Shown piece after piece: positions 51,574 to 62,062 of a stretch of 64,000 bases of DNA. A program made the translations under genes and the position numbers. The stretch lies in assembly GCA_965199955.1 (NCBI GenBank), contig CBDATQ010000001.1:2272001-2336000 (forward strand), in the 5' to 3' direction. The stretch comes from Spirochaetia bacterium (lineage in GTDB: Bacteria; Spirochaetota; Spirochaetia; SZUA-6; Bin103). The notes below the pieces were generated by a model. That model saw only the letters and a list, made by a program, of their open reading frames with translations. It had not been told where the DNA came from and made no database searches. How positions within the stretch are numbered: the stretch's first letter is position 1; every line of letters begins with the position of its first letter.

Positions 51574-54039
51574 ATGGCGGAGAAGAACGAGAAGGGCGCG
51601 CAGAGAACGCCGGAAGACGAAACGGAGAGCAAAACCAAGCCGAAGGTAACGCTCATAAAGAAGCGGCCCGGGCCTCAAGCCGCAAGCGACTCAGAGCCCG
51701 CCCGGCCGCCGGTGAAGCGGAAAGTCGTCATCCGCCGGCGTCCGATCGAGGTACCGGCGCGCCCGGCGACACCCCCGCCGCCGCCCGAGTCGCCTGCGCC
51801 ACCCAAGCCCCAGCCTCGCAAGGAGGAGGTACCGGTGGCGCAGCCGGCCGCCCCCGCGAAATCGGGCCCGCGCATCGATCCGCTGCATCAGCCGTTTCAG
51901 CTTCCCAAGCGCGACCCGCGGCCGGTCACCCAGCGGCCCGACCGGCCGTCGCCGCCTCCTGGATTCCGGCCACCACGGGGCTTTCGTCCGCCGCAGGGAC
52001 TGCGTCCGCCCGGCCAGCGGGGAGCTCCAGGCGGGCCGGTCCGGCGCACGCCGGACCGGCCGCTCAACTTCCGGCCACCGCAACCGGGGAGAGGACCGGG
52101 AAGGCCACCGATGGGTCCGGGAGGAGGATCGGGCCCGCCGCCGTCTCCCGGGAGAGGGCCGGGACGGTCGAGGGGCAAGCCGCGCAGGCGCGGCCAATAC
52201 TCGCGCGAACGGTTCGAGGAACACGCCGAGAAGCTCGTACAGCAGCGTCGCCGCGAGGACGAAGCGGCGGCCGTGCCGAGCGAGATCGACATCATGGAGC
52301 AGGTCACCGTCTCCGAGCTGGCGCGCAAGATGAACCTCAAGGCTTCCAGCCTGATCGCCAAGCTGATGGAGATGGGCAGCATGGTCACCATCAACCAGCA
52401 GATTGACTCGGATACCGCAACGGTAATCGCGGAGCAGTACAACTGCACCGTCAACGTCGTGTCGCTGTACCACGAGACGGTGATCGAATCCGAACAACCC
52501 GGCGACGCCGACGACCGGCCGCGGCCGCCGATCGTGACCATCATGGGCCACGTCGACCACGGCAAGACCAAATTGATGGACGCCATACGCGAGGCGAACG
52601 TCGCCGACCAGGAGCATGGCGGCATCACCCAGCACATCGGCGCATACGCGGTCTCCATCGACCGCGACTCGCCCACTCAGGGCCGCATCGTGTTCCTGGA
52701 TACCCCCGGACACGAAGCGTTCACGAACATGCGCGCCCGAGGAGCCCAGGTGACCGACATCGTGGTGCTGGTGGTAGCGGCAGACGATGGCACGATGCCG
52801 CAGACGGTAGAAGCGATATCGCACGCGCGCGAGGCGGAAGTCCCCATCATCGTGGCGGTCAACAAGTGTGACCTGGAGGACGCCAACCCCGAACGGGTGA
52901 AGCAGCAGCTTTCCGACCACGAGTTGGTCCCGGAGGAGTGGGGAGGCGACACCCTGTACCGGGAGGTGTCCGCGCTTGCCAAGACCGGGATCGACGAGTT
53001 GCTGGAGGCGATCCTTCTGCAGGCAGAACTGCTGGAGCTCCACGCGCCGTACGACGTCCGCGCGGAAGGCCGCGTGATCGAGTCCAAGGTCGACTTGGGT
53101 CGCGGCACGGTCGGCACGGTGCTGATCGAACGGGGCACGCTGCGCTCGGGCGACCCGTTCATCGCCGGGGTGTATCCCGGGAAGGTGCGGGCGATGTTCG
53201 ATGACCTCGGTAATTCGGTGAAGGAAGCCACGCCGTCGCTGCCCGTCGAGATACTGGGCTTCTCCGGGCTGCCCGCGGCCGGCGACCCGTTTCAGGTAAC
53301 CGCCGACGAGCGCACCGCCCGCACCGTCGGTGACAAGCGGCAGGAGTTGCGCAAGGTGAGGGAGGCCGGATCGGTCAGCCAGATCACCCTCGACAACCTG
53401 TACGAGACCATCAAGGAAGGGGAGGTACAGGAGCTCAAGGTCGTTGCCAAGGGCGACGTGCACGGATCGGTGGAGGCGCTGGTTTCCGCGCTGGAGCGTC
53501 TGTCGACGGACGACATCAAGCTCACGGTCATCCACTCCTCGGCAGGGGCGATCAACGAGAACGACGTGATGCTGGCCTCCGCGTCGAACGCGTTGATCAT
53601 CGGCTTCCACATCCGGCCGACACCGAAGGCGCAGGAACTGGCGGACCAGGAGAAGATCGAGATTCGCCGCTACGACCTGATCTACGAAGCGGTCGAGGAA
53701 ATCCGCGATTCCATGGAGGGGATGCTGACGCCCGAGGTGCTCACCGAGTCGGTGGGCGTCGCCGAGGTGCGCGAGCTGTTCCGCATCTCCCGCCTCGGCA
53801 CGATCGCCGGCTGCCACGTTACCTCCGGACACGTGCGCCGGAACGCCATGGTCCATGTCGTCCGCGACGGAGCGCAGGTGTACGAAGGAAGAATCCTCAC
53901 CCTGCGCCGCTTCAAGGAGGACGTCAACGAGGTGGAGTCGGGGTTCGAATGCGGCATCCGCATCGAGAACTTCAATGATCTCAAGCTGGGCGACAGCATC
54001 GAAGCGTTCGAGACGAAAGAGGTAGCAAAGAAGCTCTGA
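51574..54039 (+). CDS. infB: Translation initiation factor IF-2
   Basis: [31 protein letters not shown]. Confidence 0.98.
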   Translation: MAEKNEKGAQRTPEDETESKTKPKVTLIKKRPGPQAASDSEPARPPVKRKVVIRRRPIEVPARPATPPPPPESPAPPKPQPRKEEVPVAQPAAPAKSGPRIDPLHQPFQLPKRDPRPVTQRPDRPSPPPGFRPPRGFRPPQGLRPPGQRGAPGGPVRRTPDRPLNFRPPQPGRGPGRPPMGPGGGSGPPPSPGRGPGRSRGKPRRRGQYSRERFEEHAEKLVQQRRREDEAAAVPSEIDIMEQVTVSELARKMNLKASSLIAKLMEMGSMVTINQQIDSDTATVIAEQYNCTVNVVSLYHETVIESEQPGDADDRPRPPIVTIMGHVDHGKTKLMDAIREANVADQEHGGITQHIGAYAVSIDRDSPTQGRIVFLDTPGHEAFTNMRARGAQVTDIVVLVVAADDGTMPQTVEAISHAREAEVPIIVAVNKCDLEDANPERVKQQLSDHELVPEEWGGDTLYREVSALAKTGIDELLEAILLQAELLELHAPYDVRAEGRVIESKVDLGRGTVGTVLIERGTLRSGDPFIAGVYPGKVRAMFDDLGNSVKEATPSLPVEILGFSGLPAAGDPFQVTADERTARTVGDKRQELRKVREAGSVSQITLDNLYETIKEGEVQELKVVAKGDVHGSVEALVSALERLSTDDIKLTVIHSSAGAINENDVMLASASNALIIGFHIRPTPKAQELADQEKIEIRRYDLIYEAVEEIRDSMEGMLTPEVLTESVGVAEVRELFRISRLGTIAGCHVTSGHVRRNAMVHVVRDGAQVYEGRILTLRRFKEDVNEVESGFECGIRIENFNDLKLGDSIEAFETKEVAKKL

Positions 54040-54096
54040 GACCGGAAGCTCCGAGCATCGTCGGCGCCGGTAGGTAGAGCAGGGACGGAGGGGAAC

Positions 54097-54441
54097 ATGG
54101 CGAACCAGCGGGGCGAGAAGGTCGGCCGACTGCTGCGCGAAGTGTTGGGCGAGATGATCGTGGGCGGACGGCTGGCCGACCCGCGCATCGATCCCCTGCT
54201 GAACCTGACGCGGGTCAAGGTTTCCCGGGACCTCAAGCACGCCGTCGTGTTCGTATCCCATCACGGCGAAGCTCCCGTTGTCGGACCTGCCACGGACGCG
54301 CTCAACCACGCCGCCGGCTACCTGCAGGCGGAGCTCGCGCGCCGTATCCGCTTGCGGGAAACGCCAAGGCTGCGTTTCGTGGCGGACTCTTCGGTGGCGG
54401 ACGGGTTTCGCGTACTGCAGAAGATTCGCAACCTCACCTAG
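54097..54441 (+). CDS. rbfA: Ribosome-binding factor A
   Basis: DPRI, VSRDLKHAVVFVS, LRETPRLRF. Confidence 0.93.
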   Translation: MANQRGEKVGRLLREVLGEMIVGGRLADPRIDPLLNLTRVKVSRDLKHAVVFVSHHGEAPVVGPATDALNHAAGYLQAELARRIRLRETPRLRFVADSSVADGFRVLQKIRNLT

Positions 54442-54475
54442 AACACGCGCCTGGAACACACGCGGACCGCGAGAC

Positions 54476-55492
54476 GTGTCGGTCAGACGGAATCCGGACG
54501 TGGCAGACGTGCCGCAGGGCGGCGGGATGGTCCTTCTGAGCAAGCCCTCCGGCATGACATCCTTCGCGGCGCTCGGGCGCCTGAAACGAGTGCTCGGGAC
54601 CCGTCGCATCGGCCATACTGGCACCTTGGACCGGTTCGCGTCCGGTCTGCTGATCGCCATGGTCGGCCGGCTGACCCGCATCAGCTGGTTGATTACCGAG
54701 TTGCCCAAGCGCTATCGAGCGACCATCCGCCTCGGCGAACAGACGACCACGCTTGATCCGGAGGGGCCGGTAGAGTTGCGAAGGAACCTGCCGACACCCG
54801 AAGCGCTGAACGATGCGCTGTCGGGCTTCGTCGGCCGCATGCGTCAGGTCCCGCCCGCCTACAGCGCCGTGCACGTCGACGGCGAACGCGCATCACGGCG
54901 CGCACGACGCGGCCTCCCCGTGAAACCACGCGCACGGGACGTGTACGTGGACAGCCTGCGGATCATCGCCATGGACCTGCCCCAGGTGGAGATCGAGGTC
55001 ATCTGCGGCAAGGGGACCTACGTGCGTTCCCTTGCCCGTGACCTCGCCTTGGCCGCGGGAAGCTGTGGGCACCTGACCGCACTGCGCAGGCTCTCGGTGG
55101 GTGCTTTCTCGGTGGAGGCCGCCGCGCCGGTCGACGCCGCGGGCGAAGGAGACGTCATCCCTCCGTCCGGTTTCCTGCACCGCATCGACAGTCTGGAACT
55201 GCGACAGGTCACGCCCGATGGCGCGCGGCGCGTCCGCGACGGACAGCAGCCGGAGTCCACGTTCATGGTGGGAGCACCGTCCGGCGAGCGATTCTGTGCG
55301 CTCCTCAGCGGCCGGGAGCTGCTCGCTGTCATCGAGCCAGGGGACGACCGGCTCTCCGTGCCGGGCAGCGGCTGCACCCGTTCGCGCCCCCAGTACCGCT
55401 ATCGCTGCGTTCTGGCAGCACGGCCGGGCGGCGGCGCGGCGGAAGCCCGCGATCAGCGCGGCGCCGCACCCATGACGGAGGTGCCCGGGTGA
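54476..55492 (+). CDS. truB: tRNA pseudouridine(55) synthase (start approximate)
   Basis: KPSGMTS, GHTGTLD, PPAYSA, CGKGTYVRSL. Confidence 0.93.
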   Translation: MSVRRNPDVADVPQGGGMVLLSKPSGMTSFAALGRLKRVLGTRRIGHTGTLDRFASGLLIAMVGRLTRISWLITELPKRYRATIRLGEQTTTLDPEGPVELRRNLPTPEALNDALSGFVGRMRQVPPAYSAVHVDGERASRRARRGLPVKPRARDVYVDSLRIIAMDLPQVEIEVICGKGTYVRSLARDLALAAGSCGHLTALRRLSVGAFSVEAAAPVDAAGEGDVIPPSGFLHRIDSLELRQVTPDGARRVRDGQQPESTFMVGAPSGERFCALLSGRELLAVIEPGDDRLSVPGSGCTRSRPQYRYRCVLAARPGGGAAEARDQRGAAPMTEVPG

Positions 55493-56343
55493 CCGTCGCC
55501 GACTGGCAGGGACTGGCCGACCGGCCGCTCGACGACGGCGTGGTGCTCACCATGGGCGTGTTCGACGGCCTCCATCGAGGCCATCGAGCGCTGCTGCAAC
55601 GCGTGCTCGCGCACGGCGCGGACGCGTCCGCGGTGCTGACCTTCGATCCCCTGCCCAGCTCGGTGCTGTTCGGGACCAGCGAACGACTGATCCTGTCGCG
55701 GCGTCAGAAGGAACGCGCACTGGAGCGGATCGGCATCCGCCACCTGATCGTCGTTGACTTTTCCCTCAGGTTCAGTAAACTTACGGGGGAAGAGTTCGTC
55801 ACCCAGTTGCTCCGCCGCGTCGCCGTTCGCGGCGTCGTGGTTGGGCGGGACTTCCGGTGTGGACAACAACGCGACACCGATACCGAACAGCTCCATCGAC
55901 TGTTGCACCGGCACGGAGTAGGGTTGGAAGTGGTGAATCTGGTCCGCGAGGAGTCGCAAAACGCGGACGCACAGGGCACTCAAGACGGACGGGGCAGCGA
56001 CGGAGCGAAAGTGAGCAGCAGCGGCATACGGCACGCGATCGACAGCGGAGACTTCCCCGTGGTACGGTCCATGCTCGGAGGGGATTATGAACTGGATGTC
56101 GAGCACGTCTCACCCGACTGCACGGGGGACGGCTTGGTTTTTCCGGCCTCGTCGTTGACACAGCTCCTGCCCCGACCGGGCCGCTATTCGGGGTTCGCCC
56201 GCAGCGCATCGGGTGGCAGTGTATCGAGTGGTTGGGACGCCCTGATCGCGGTGGAATGCGACCGGATAGTCGTTCACAGGGCGGTCGATCACGGAGCGAT
56301 TGGCCCGTTGAGCGGAATTCGTTTTGCACGACGGGAATCCTGA
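55489..56343 (+). CDS. ribF: FAD synthetase (RibF-like), kinase domain degenerate
   Basis: MGVFDGLHRGH, TFDP, VVGRDFRCG, VSSSGIR; no PTAN motif. Confidence 0.8.
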   Translation: MTVADWQGLADRPLDDGVVLTMGVFDGLHRGHRALLQRVLAHGADASAVLTFDPLPSSVLFGTSERLILSRRQKERALERIGIRHLIVVDFSLRFSKLTGEEFVTQLLRRVAVRGVVVGRDFRCGQQRDTDTEQLHRLLHRHGVGLEVVNLVREESQNADAQGTQDGRGSDGAKVSSSGIRHAIDSGDFPVVRSMLGGDYELDVEHVSPDCTGDGLVFPASSLTQLLPRPGRYSGFARSASGGSVSSGWDALIAVECDRIVVHRAVDHGAIGPLSGIRFARRES

Positions 56344-56408
56344 CGGATCAGGCGGACGGGCCCGGATCGAGGCAGGATAGCATTGAGACAGGATACATTG
56401 AGGACAGG

Positions 56409-56678
56409 ATGGGATTGACCAAAGAAGAGAAAACGGAAATCGTAACCGACTTCGGAAAAGGTGATGCCGATACCGGAGCTTCGGCGGTGCAGGTAGCGCT
56501 GCTTACCCGCCGGATCACGCAACTCACCGAACATTTCAGAACACACCCCAAGGACCACGCTTCGCGCCACGGCCTCCAGCGGATGGTCGGGCAGCGGCGT
56601 CGGCTCATGGGTTATCTCAGCCGCAAGGACGCGGACACGTACCGGAATCTGCTCAAAGAGCTGAACCTGAGGAAGTAG
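56409..56678 (+). CDS. rpsO: 30S ribosomal protein S15
   Basis: DTGASAVQVALLT, KDHASRHGL, GQRRRL. Confidence 0.97.
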   Translation: MGLTKEEKTEIVTDFGKGDADTGASAVQVALLTRRITQLTEHFRTHPKDHASRHGLQRMVGQRRRLMGYLSRKDADTYRNLLKELNLRK

Positions 56679-56727
56679 CGTCACCCGGCACGGCGCTGCG
56701 CAGAAAGCCGCGGCGCAAGGAAGTAAC

Positions 56728-59067
56728 ATGGCACATACCGTAGAATTGAAGGTCGGCGCCGAGACGCTGACACTGCAGACCGGTCGGCTGGCCAAGCAGG
56801 CCAACGGCGCGGTCTATGCGCAATACGCAGGCTCCGCCGTCCTGGCGACGGTCTGCTGCTCCGCCAAGGAGATCGAGGGGCTCGACTACGTCCCCCTGCA
56901 GGTGGAGTACAACGAAAAGGCATACGCATCGGGCAAGATCCCGGGGTCGATATTCCGCCGCGAAGGCAGGCCTCGGGATCGTGAGATCCTGGTGTCTCGC
57001 CTGATCGACCGGCCGATGCGGCCATTGTTCCACAAGTCGTTCAGCCGCGACATCCAGGTGGTTCCCACGGTGATCTCGGCAGATCAGGTCAACCCCCCCG
57101 ACGTGCTGGCCATCGTGGCGGCGTCCGCGGCGGTCACCGTCTCCGACGTACCGTTCGAGGGACCGGTCGCCGGCGTCCGGGTTGCCGTCCTTGACGGCGA
57201 TGTCGTGATCAATCCGACCCACGACCAGATCGAGTCCAGTCAGCTCGACATCGTGGTCGCCGGCACCCGCGACGGCATCACCATGGTCGAAGGGGGTGCC
57301 CAGGAAGCCGACGAAGAGACGATGATCTCCTGCATCGAGCGGGCGCACGAGGTGATCGTCGAAATCTGCGACGCGCAACTGCGCCTTGCCAAGCTCGGCG
57401 GCCGGGAGAAGCTGCCGCTGCCCGAGGTCGCCGGCGCGGAGATGGAGACCGAGATCGCTTCCTGGGTGCGTCCGAGAATGGAGGAAGCCTGCTTCGTGAA
57501 GGGCAAGGAAGCGCGCTACGCCGCGATTCGACAAGTGAAGCAGGACACCTTCGAGCATTTCGCCGACCATATCGGCGATACCGGCGGCGATGCGGTCGAA
57601 GCGCTGCTGGAGAAAATCGAGACCGACGTGGTGCGGACCTCGATCCTGGACAACCGCGTGCGCACGGACGGGCGCTCGCCCGACGACATCCGCGACATCA
57701 GTTGCGAGGTCGACGTGCTGCCGCGGGCGCACGGCGCGGCGCTGTTCACGCGCGGCGAAACCCAGGCCCTGGCGGTCACCACGCTCGGCACCGCCAATGA
57801 CGAGCTGCGCATCCTGGACGCGCTGGAGACCGACGTCGACCGCAAGAAGCACTTCATGCTGCACTACAACTTCCCGCCGTTCTCGGTAGGAGAAACCGGG
57901 CGTCTGGGCACCGGGCGCCGGGAAGTCGGCCACGGCCACCTCGCCGAGCGGGCGCTGGAACGGGTGATCCCCAGCAAGGAAGACTTCCCGTACACGGTAA
58001 GGGTGGTCTCCGAGACCCTGGAGAGCAACGGTTCATCCTCGATGGCGTCGGTGTGCGGTGGCACGCTGAGCATGCTCAACGCCGGTGTGCCGATCACGCG
58101 CTCGGTCGCCGGCATCGCCATGGGGCTGATCTCCGACGGCGACCGCTTCGTGGTCCTGTCCGACATTCTGGGAGAGGAAGATCACCTGGGCGACATGGAC
58201 TTCAAGGTCGCCGGCACCGAGCAGGGCATCACCGCGTTCCAGATGGACATCAAGATCGCGGGCGTCAGCTCCGAGCTCCTGCGCGAAGCGCTCGACAAGG
58301 CGCGCGCCGGCCGCCTCAAGATTCTGGAGATCATGCGCCAGACCATGGACCGGCCGCGTGACGCGGTATCGGACTTCGCGCCGAAGATCATCACAATGCG
58401 CATCGACGTCGACAAGATCGGAGCCGTCATCGGCTCCGGCGGTTCCAACATCCGATCGATCACCGAGACCACCGGGGCCGACGTGAATATCGAGGACGAT
58501 GGCGTGGTGACCATCTACTGCCGCCGCAAGGAAGGCGCCGAGCGCGCCCAGCGGCTGGTCGAGCAGGCCGTTGAGGAGCCGGAGGTCGGCAAGACCTACA
58601 CGGCCCGCGTCACCCGCATCATGGATTTCGGCGCCTTCATGGAGATCCTCCCGGGCAAGGAAGGTCTCTGCCACATTTCCCGGCTGACCGCCGACCATGT
58701 CGGCCAGGTCGAGGACGTGGTCAAGCTGGGTGACGAGGTGCAGGTGAAGCTCATCGAGATCGACCGCATGGGCCGCCTGAACCTTGCCACGCTGGACGCC
58801 GTGGGCCCGGATGTCGAGAACTTCGCGGGCGCCCCGGGATCGCGGCCGGTCGGCGATCCGTTGCGCGACCGCGTCGGCGGCGGAGGCCGTCGCCCCGGTC
58901 CGGGAAGGAGAGAGCGTTTCGGGCCCAATCGCAGGGATGGGCGCGAACGCAGGGATGGACGCGACGGCCGTCCGCCCCGGTCGAGGAGCATGTCAGGCGG
59001 GCGCGGACCGCGTCGCCAGGGCAGCCCTGACGACCGGAGACCTGACGACGAGCATGCATCGGATTGA
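56728..59067 (+). CDS. pnp: Polyribonucleotide nucleotidyltransferase
   Basis: RLIDRPMRP, FTRGETQ, ESNGSSSMAS, EDHLGDMDFKVAG, KH and S1 domains. Confidence 0.98.
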   Translation: MAHTVELKVGAETLTLQTGRLAKQANGAVYAQYAGSAVLATVCCSAKEIEGLDYVPLQVEYNEKAYASGKIPGSIFRREGRPRDREILVSRLIDRPMRPLFHKSFSRDIQVVPTVISADQVNPPDVLAIVAASAAVTVSDVPFEGPVAGVRVAVLDGDVVINPTHDQIESSQLDIVVAGTRDGITMVEGGAQEADEETMISCIERAHEVIVEICDAQLRLAKLGGREKLPLPEVAGAEMETEIASWVRPRMEEACFVKGKEARYAAIRQVKQDTFEHFADHIGDTGGDAVEALLEKIETDVVRTSILDNRVRTDGRSPDDIRDISCEVDVLPRAHGAALFTRGETQALAVTTLGTANDELRILDALETDVDRKKHFMLHYNFPPFSVGETGRLGTGRREVGHGHLAERALERVIPSKEDFPYTVRVVSETLESNGSSSMASVCGGTLSMLNAGVPITRSVAGIAMGLISDGDRFVVLSDILGEEDHLGDMDFKVAGTEQGITAFQMDIKIAGVSSELLREALDKARAGRLKILEIMRQTMDRPRDAVSDFAPKIITMRIDVDKIGAVIGSGGSNIRSITETTGADVNIEDDGVVTIYCRRKEGAERAQRLVEQAVEEPEVGKTYTARVTRIMDFGAFMEILPGKEGLCHISRLTADHVGQVEDVVKLGDEVQVKLIEIDRMGRLNLATLDAVGPDVENFAGAPGSRPVGDPLRDRVGGGGRRPGPGRRERFGPNRRDGRERRDGRDGRPPRSRSMSGGRGPRRQGSPDDRRPDDEHASD

Positions 59068-60356
59068 TTCAGGAGTTTGAACTGAGCCTTGGGGCCACGC
59101 TGCTGGTGGATCCGGTCGAACACACCGGCACCGCGGCCCTGGGTTTCTGGTACGGCCACGGGTCCCGGGACGAACGTGCCCACGAGCACGGCTGCAGTCA
59201 TCTCCTGGAACACATGGTCTTCAAGGGGACGCCGACGCGGTCGGCTTCCCGGATCGCTCGCGACATCGATCGGGTCGGGGGCTCGATCAACGCCTTCACC
59301 GACCGCGAGACCACCTGTCTGCATTGCAGCGTTCCCGGAGACGCTGCGCCCGCCGCGGCCGAGGTGCTGGCGGACATGGCCACCGCTCCGGCGCTCGATA
59401 GCGCCGAACTGACCAAAGAACGCAAGGTAGTCATCAACGAGATACATGCGGCCGACGATTCACCCGACGAGCGCGCCTTCCAGGCGTACGTGGAACGGCT
59501 CTGGGGCTCGCACGCCCTCTCACGCCGTATCGCCGCCGACGTACATGAGGTTGCGGAGATCGATCGCGATCGGCTGCTGCGTTTCTTTCGGGAACGGTTC
59601 CATCCGTCGCGGCTGGTCGTCTCGGTCGCGGGCCGCGTTGCCGTTGAAGAGGTAGTCGCCGCGATAGACGACACGCTGCAGAGAACCGCGGCGGGGTGGT
59701 TGGACGAACCAGTGCTGGACGAAACGGCGGAGTCGCCCGCGGCTCGGTGCTCGCCCGATCATCACGCGGGGGTCTGGCGGCACGAGGACAGGTGCCATCA
59801 GACCTACCTGTACGCCGGCCGCCCACTTCCCGTGGATCGAACGGTGCGAAACTACTACGCGCTGACCCTGCTCAGCACCCTGGTAGGGGAGTCGATGAGC
59901 TCGCGGCTGTTCCAGAACCTGCGGGAGCGACGCGGGTTGTGTTACTCCATCGGCTCGTTCCGGACACACCTCAGCGATCTCTGGCTGTGGTCGGTGTTCG
60001 CGAACTGCGTACCGGAGGCTCGCGAGGAGCTCATCGACGGTCTGCTCGCCGAGTTGCGCGGACTGCGCGCCCACCCGCCGGGAAAGGAGGAGGTGGATGA
60101 GGCGATGAGCCATCTGCGCGGCGCCCTGGTCTTCGCCCGCGAGGACATGGAGGCGCGTATGCGCCGAATGGTGTACCAACGGCAGACGTTCGGGCCGATA
60201 TTAAGTTTTGAAGAGATGGAGTCGTACATCCACGGCGTTGCCCGCGACGAGCTGGAAGCCATGGCCGGGCTGGTCGCGGACACCGATGCCTTCGCACTTG
60301 TAGCGTACGGGGGGGACCCAATTGACCATGATGTCGACCCGCAGCCGTCCGATTGA
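59064..60356 (+). CDS. M16 family zinc peptidase
   Basis: HLLEHMVFKG (HxxEH), NAFTDRE, SSRLFQNLRERRGLCYSI. Confidence 0.93.
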   Translation: MIQEFELSLGATLLVDPVEHTGTAALGFWYGHGSRDERAHEHGCSHLLEHMVFKGTPTRSASRIARDIDRVGGSINAFTDRETTCLHCSVPGDAAPAAAEVLADMATAPALDSAELTKERKVVINEIHAADDSPDERAFQAYVERLWGSHALSRRIAADVHEVAEIDRDRLLRFFRERFHPSRLVVSVAGRVAVEEVVAAIDDTLQRTAAGWLDEPVLDETAESPAARCSPDHHAGVWRHEDRCHQTYLYAGRPLPVDRTVRNYYALTLLSTLVGESMSSRLFQNLRERRGLCYSIGSFRTHLSDLWLWSVFANCVPEAREELIDGLLAELRGLRAHPPGKEEVDEAMSHLRGALVFAREDMEARMRRMVYQRQTFGPILSFEEMESYIHGVARDELEAMAGLVADTDAFALVAYGGDPIDHDVDPQPSD

Positions 60357-61902
60357 GCCGCCGCTGAGGAACCCCGCCATCCGCGTCAAGCTGGTCGCGA
60401 TCGCCCTGCTGGCCGCCAGCGCGGCGTCCGCCCAGACGTTGGACCCGGTCGCCGCGCTGGCGGAGGCGAAGGCTGCGTTCGCGAGAGGTGACTACGCCGA
60501 CGCTCTGGGAGTGGTGCGCTCGATGCGCATCCAGACCCCCGCCAGCAGACACCTTCCGGAAGCGCTGCTGCTCGCCGCCCAGGCGGCGCTGGTCTCGGAG
60601 CCGTTTCGGGCCCGGTTCTTCCTGGACCAGGCCCGCTCCCACCCGCAGACCTCCGACGCCATTCACTTCGAGGTTGCGGTGACGGCGGCAGAGCTCGCCC
60701 GACGGGACCGTCTTCTGGCCGATTCACTGGATGAGCTGCAGAGAGCGCTGCGCCTCCAGCCGGCCGACATCCCGGGGCGCCGCCTCGATGAGGTGCGGAT
60801 TCAGGCGGCCGAGCTGGCTCTCTACGAACTGAACGACCTTGCCGCCGCCGCGTACCTGACCCTGCAGGTCGTCCAGCCCACGGCACTCGAACCGGCGGAT
60901 CGCCGCACCTATGACCGTCTCGTTCGGGACGTTCTGTGGAGCACCATCACCCCGGCGATGCTGGGGCTTCCGGACGGCAACGTCACGGCAATTTCCGTGG
61001 ATGCCGACGACGTGTGGATCGGCACTTCCAACGGCGGTGTCGCCCGGTATTCGCAGAACACCGGTATCGCCAGCCGCTTCACCGGCGCCACCACCGGAGG
61101 CGAACTGTCCGACACCATTCGCGCGATCGAAGTAGACGGAAACTGGGTGTGGCTGGGCACCGCCGAGGGCTTGTCCGTGTACTCGAAGGCGACCAGCCGC
61201 CTCTGGAGAGTCGAACGGTTCAGCGTCGGCGGGAGCGGACGGCCCAACGTGTGGGCACTGGAGGGAATCGACGGACGCATCGCCGCCGGGACCCTGGGCC
61301 AGGGGCTCTGGCTGGCCGACGATCCGGATGGAGAGTGGACACAGGTCGAAGACCCGAGCTCGCTGGTCCGATTCGTGCAGGCGCTGCTGCGACGGGGCTC
61401 CACGCTGTACATCGGCACGCTGGATCGGGGAGTTGCCGTCATGGACCTGGAGACCGGACGAGTGCGCCGGGTCGATCGCCTGTGGGCCGCGGGGGCGAAG
61501 AACATACACGCTTTGTCCTTCGACGAGTCCGGGCGGCTCTGGGTCGGCGACCACGGCAACGGGCTGTTCAGGTGGGATCCCGACAGCGACGAGGTCACCC
61601 GGTTCACCAAGGGGTCGGGTTCTCTGGGCGACGACTTCGTCCTCGCCGTCGCGGTCGCGCCCGGGACGGTCCTGCTCGGGACCCACGGCGGAGGCGCGTA
61701 CCGGTACGCCCTGAATGGTGGCGGATGGACTCACTTCGACATGACCGCGGTCGTCGACTGCCCGCCCAGGCACGGCATGGGGGCCAACGAAATCAGGGCG
61801 GTCGCTCAGGCCGGGCCGTTCGCGTACTTCGGGACCCAGGGATGCGGAGTCGCCGTGCTGGCCGACTCGCTGCAGTACGCGGCCGACGCCGCTTCCAACT
61901 AG
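60328..61902 (+). CDS. Exported TPR-like plus beta-propeller protein (start uncertain)
   Basis: Signal peptide; helical N-terminal half; repeated WIGT/WLGT/YIGT/WVGD blades. Confidence 0.65.
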   Translation: MMSTRSRPIEPPLRNPAIRVKLVAIALLAASAASAQTLDPVAALAEAKAAFARGDYADALGVVRSMRIQTPASRHLPEALLLAAQAALVSEPFRARFFLDQARSHPQTSDAIHFEVAVTAAELARRDRLLADSLDELQRALRLQPADIPGRRLDEVRIQAAELALYELNDLAAAAYLTLQVVQPTALEPADRRTYDRLVRDVLWSTITPAMLGLPDGNVTAISVDADDVWIGTSNGGVARYSQNTGIASRFTGATTGGELSDTIRAIEVDGNWVWLGTAEGLSVYSKATSRLWRVERFSVGGSGRPNVWALEGIDGRIAAGTLGQGLWLADDPDGEWTQVEDPSSLVRFVQALLRRGSTLYIGTLDRGVAVMDLETGRVRRVDRLWAAGAKNIHALSFDESGRLWVGDHGNGLFRWDPDSDEVTRFTKGSGSLGDDFVLAVAVAPGTVLLGTHGGGAYRYALNGGGWTHFDMTAVVDCPPRHGMGANEIRAVAQAGPFAYFGTQGCGVAVLADSLQYAADAASN

Positions 61903-62029
61903 CACCCATCAAACTGTTAGTTTGGGGGGTGCGTGCTACGGAACTCGGCCTTGTGAGCGCTGGTCCAGCGCGCCTGAGGCACGTGTAGCGACCCATGCCA
62001 CCCGTCGATATCAGTTCGATGGGTACTAG
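61899..62029. mobile_element. MITE-like element with 21-bp terminal inverted repeats
   Basis: CTAGCACCCATCAAACTGTTA ... TATCAGTTCGATGGGTACTAG (18/21 match). Confidence 0.75.
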
Positions 62030-62062
62030 CGCGTTGCCGGTGGATGGCAGGAGCGCAGGCCG

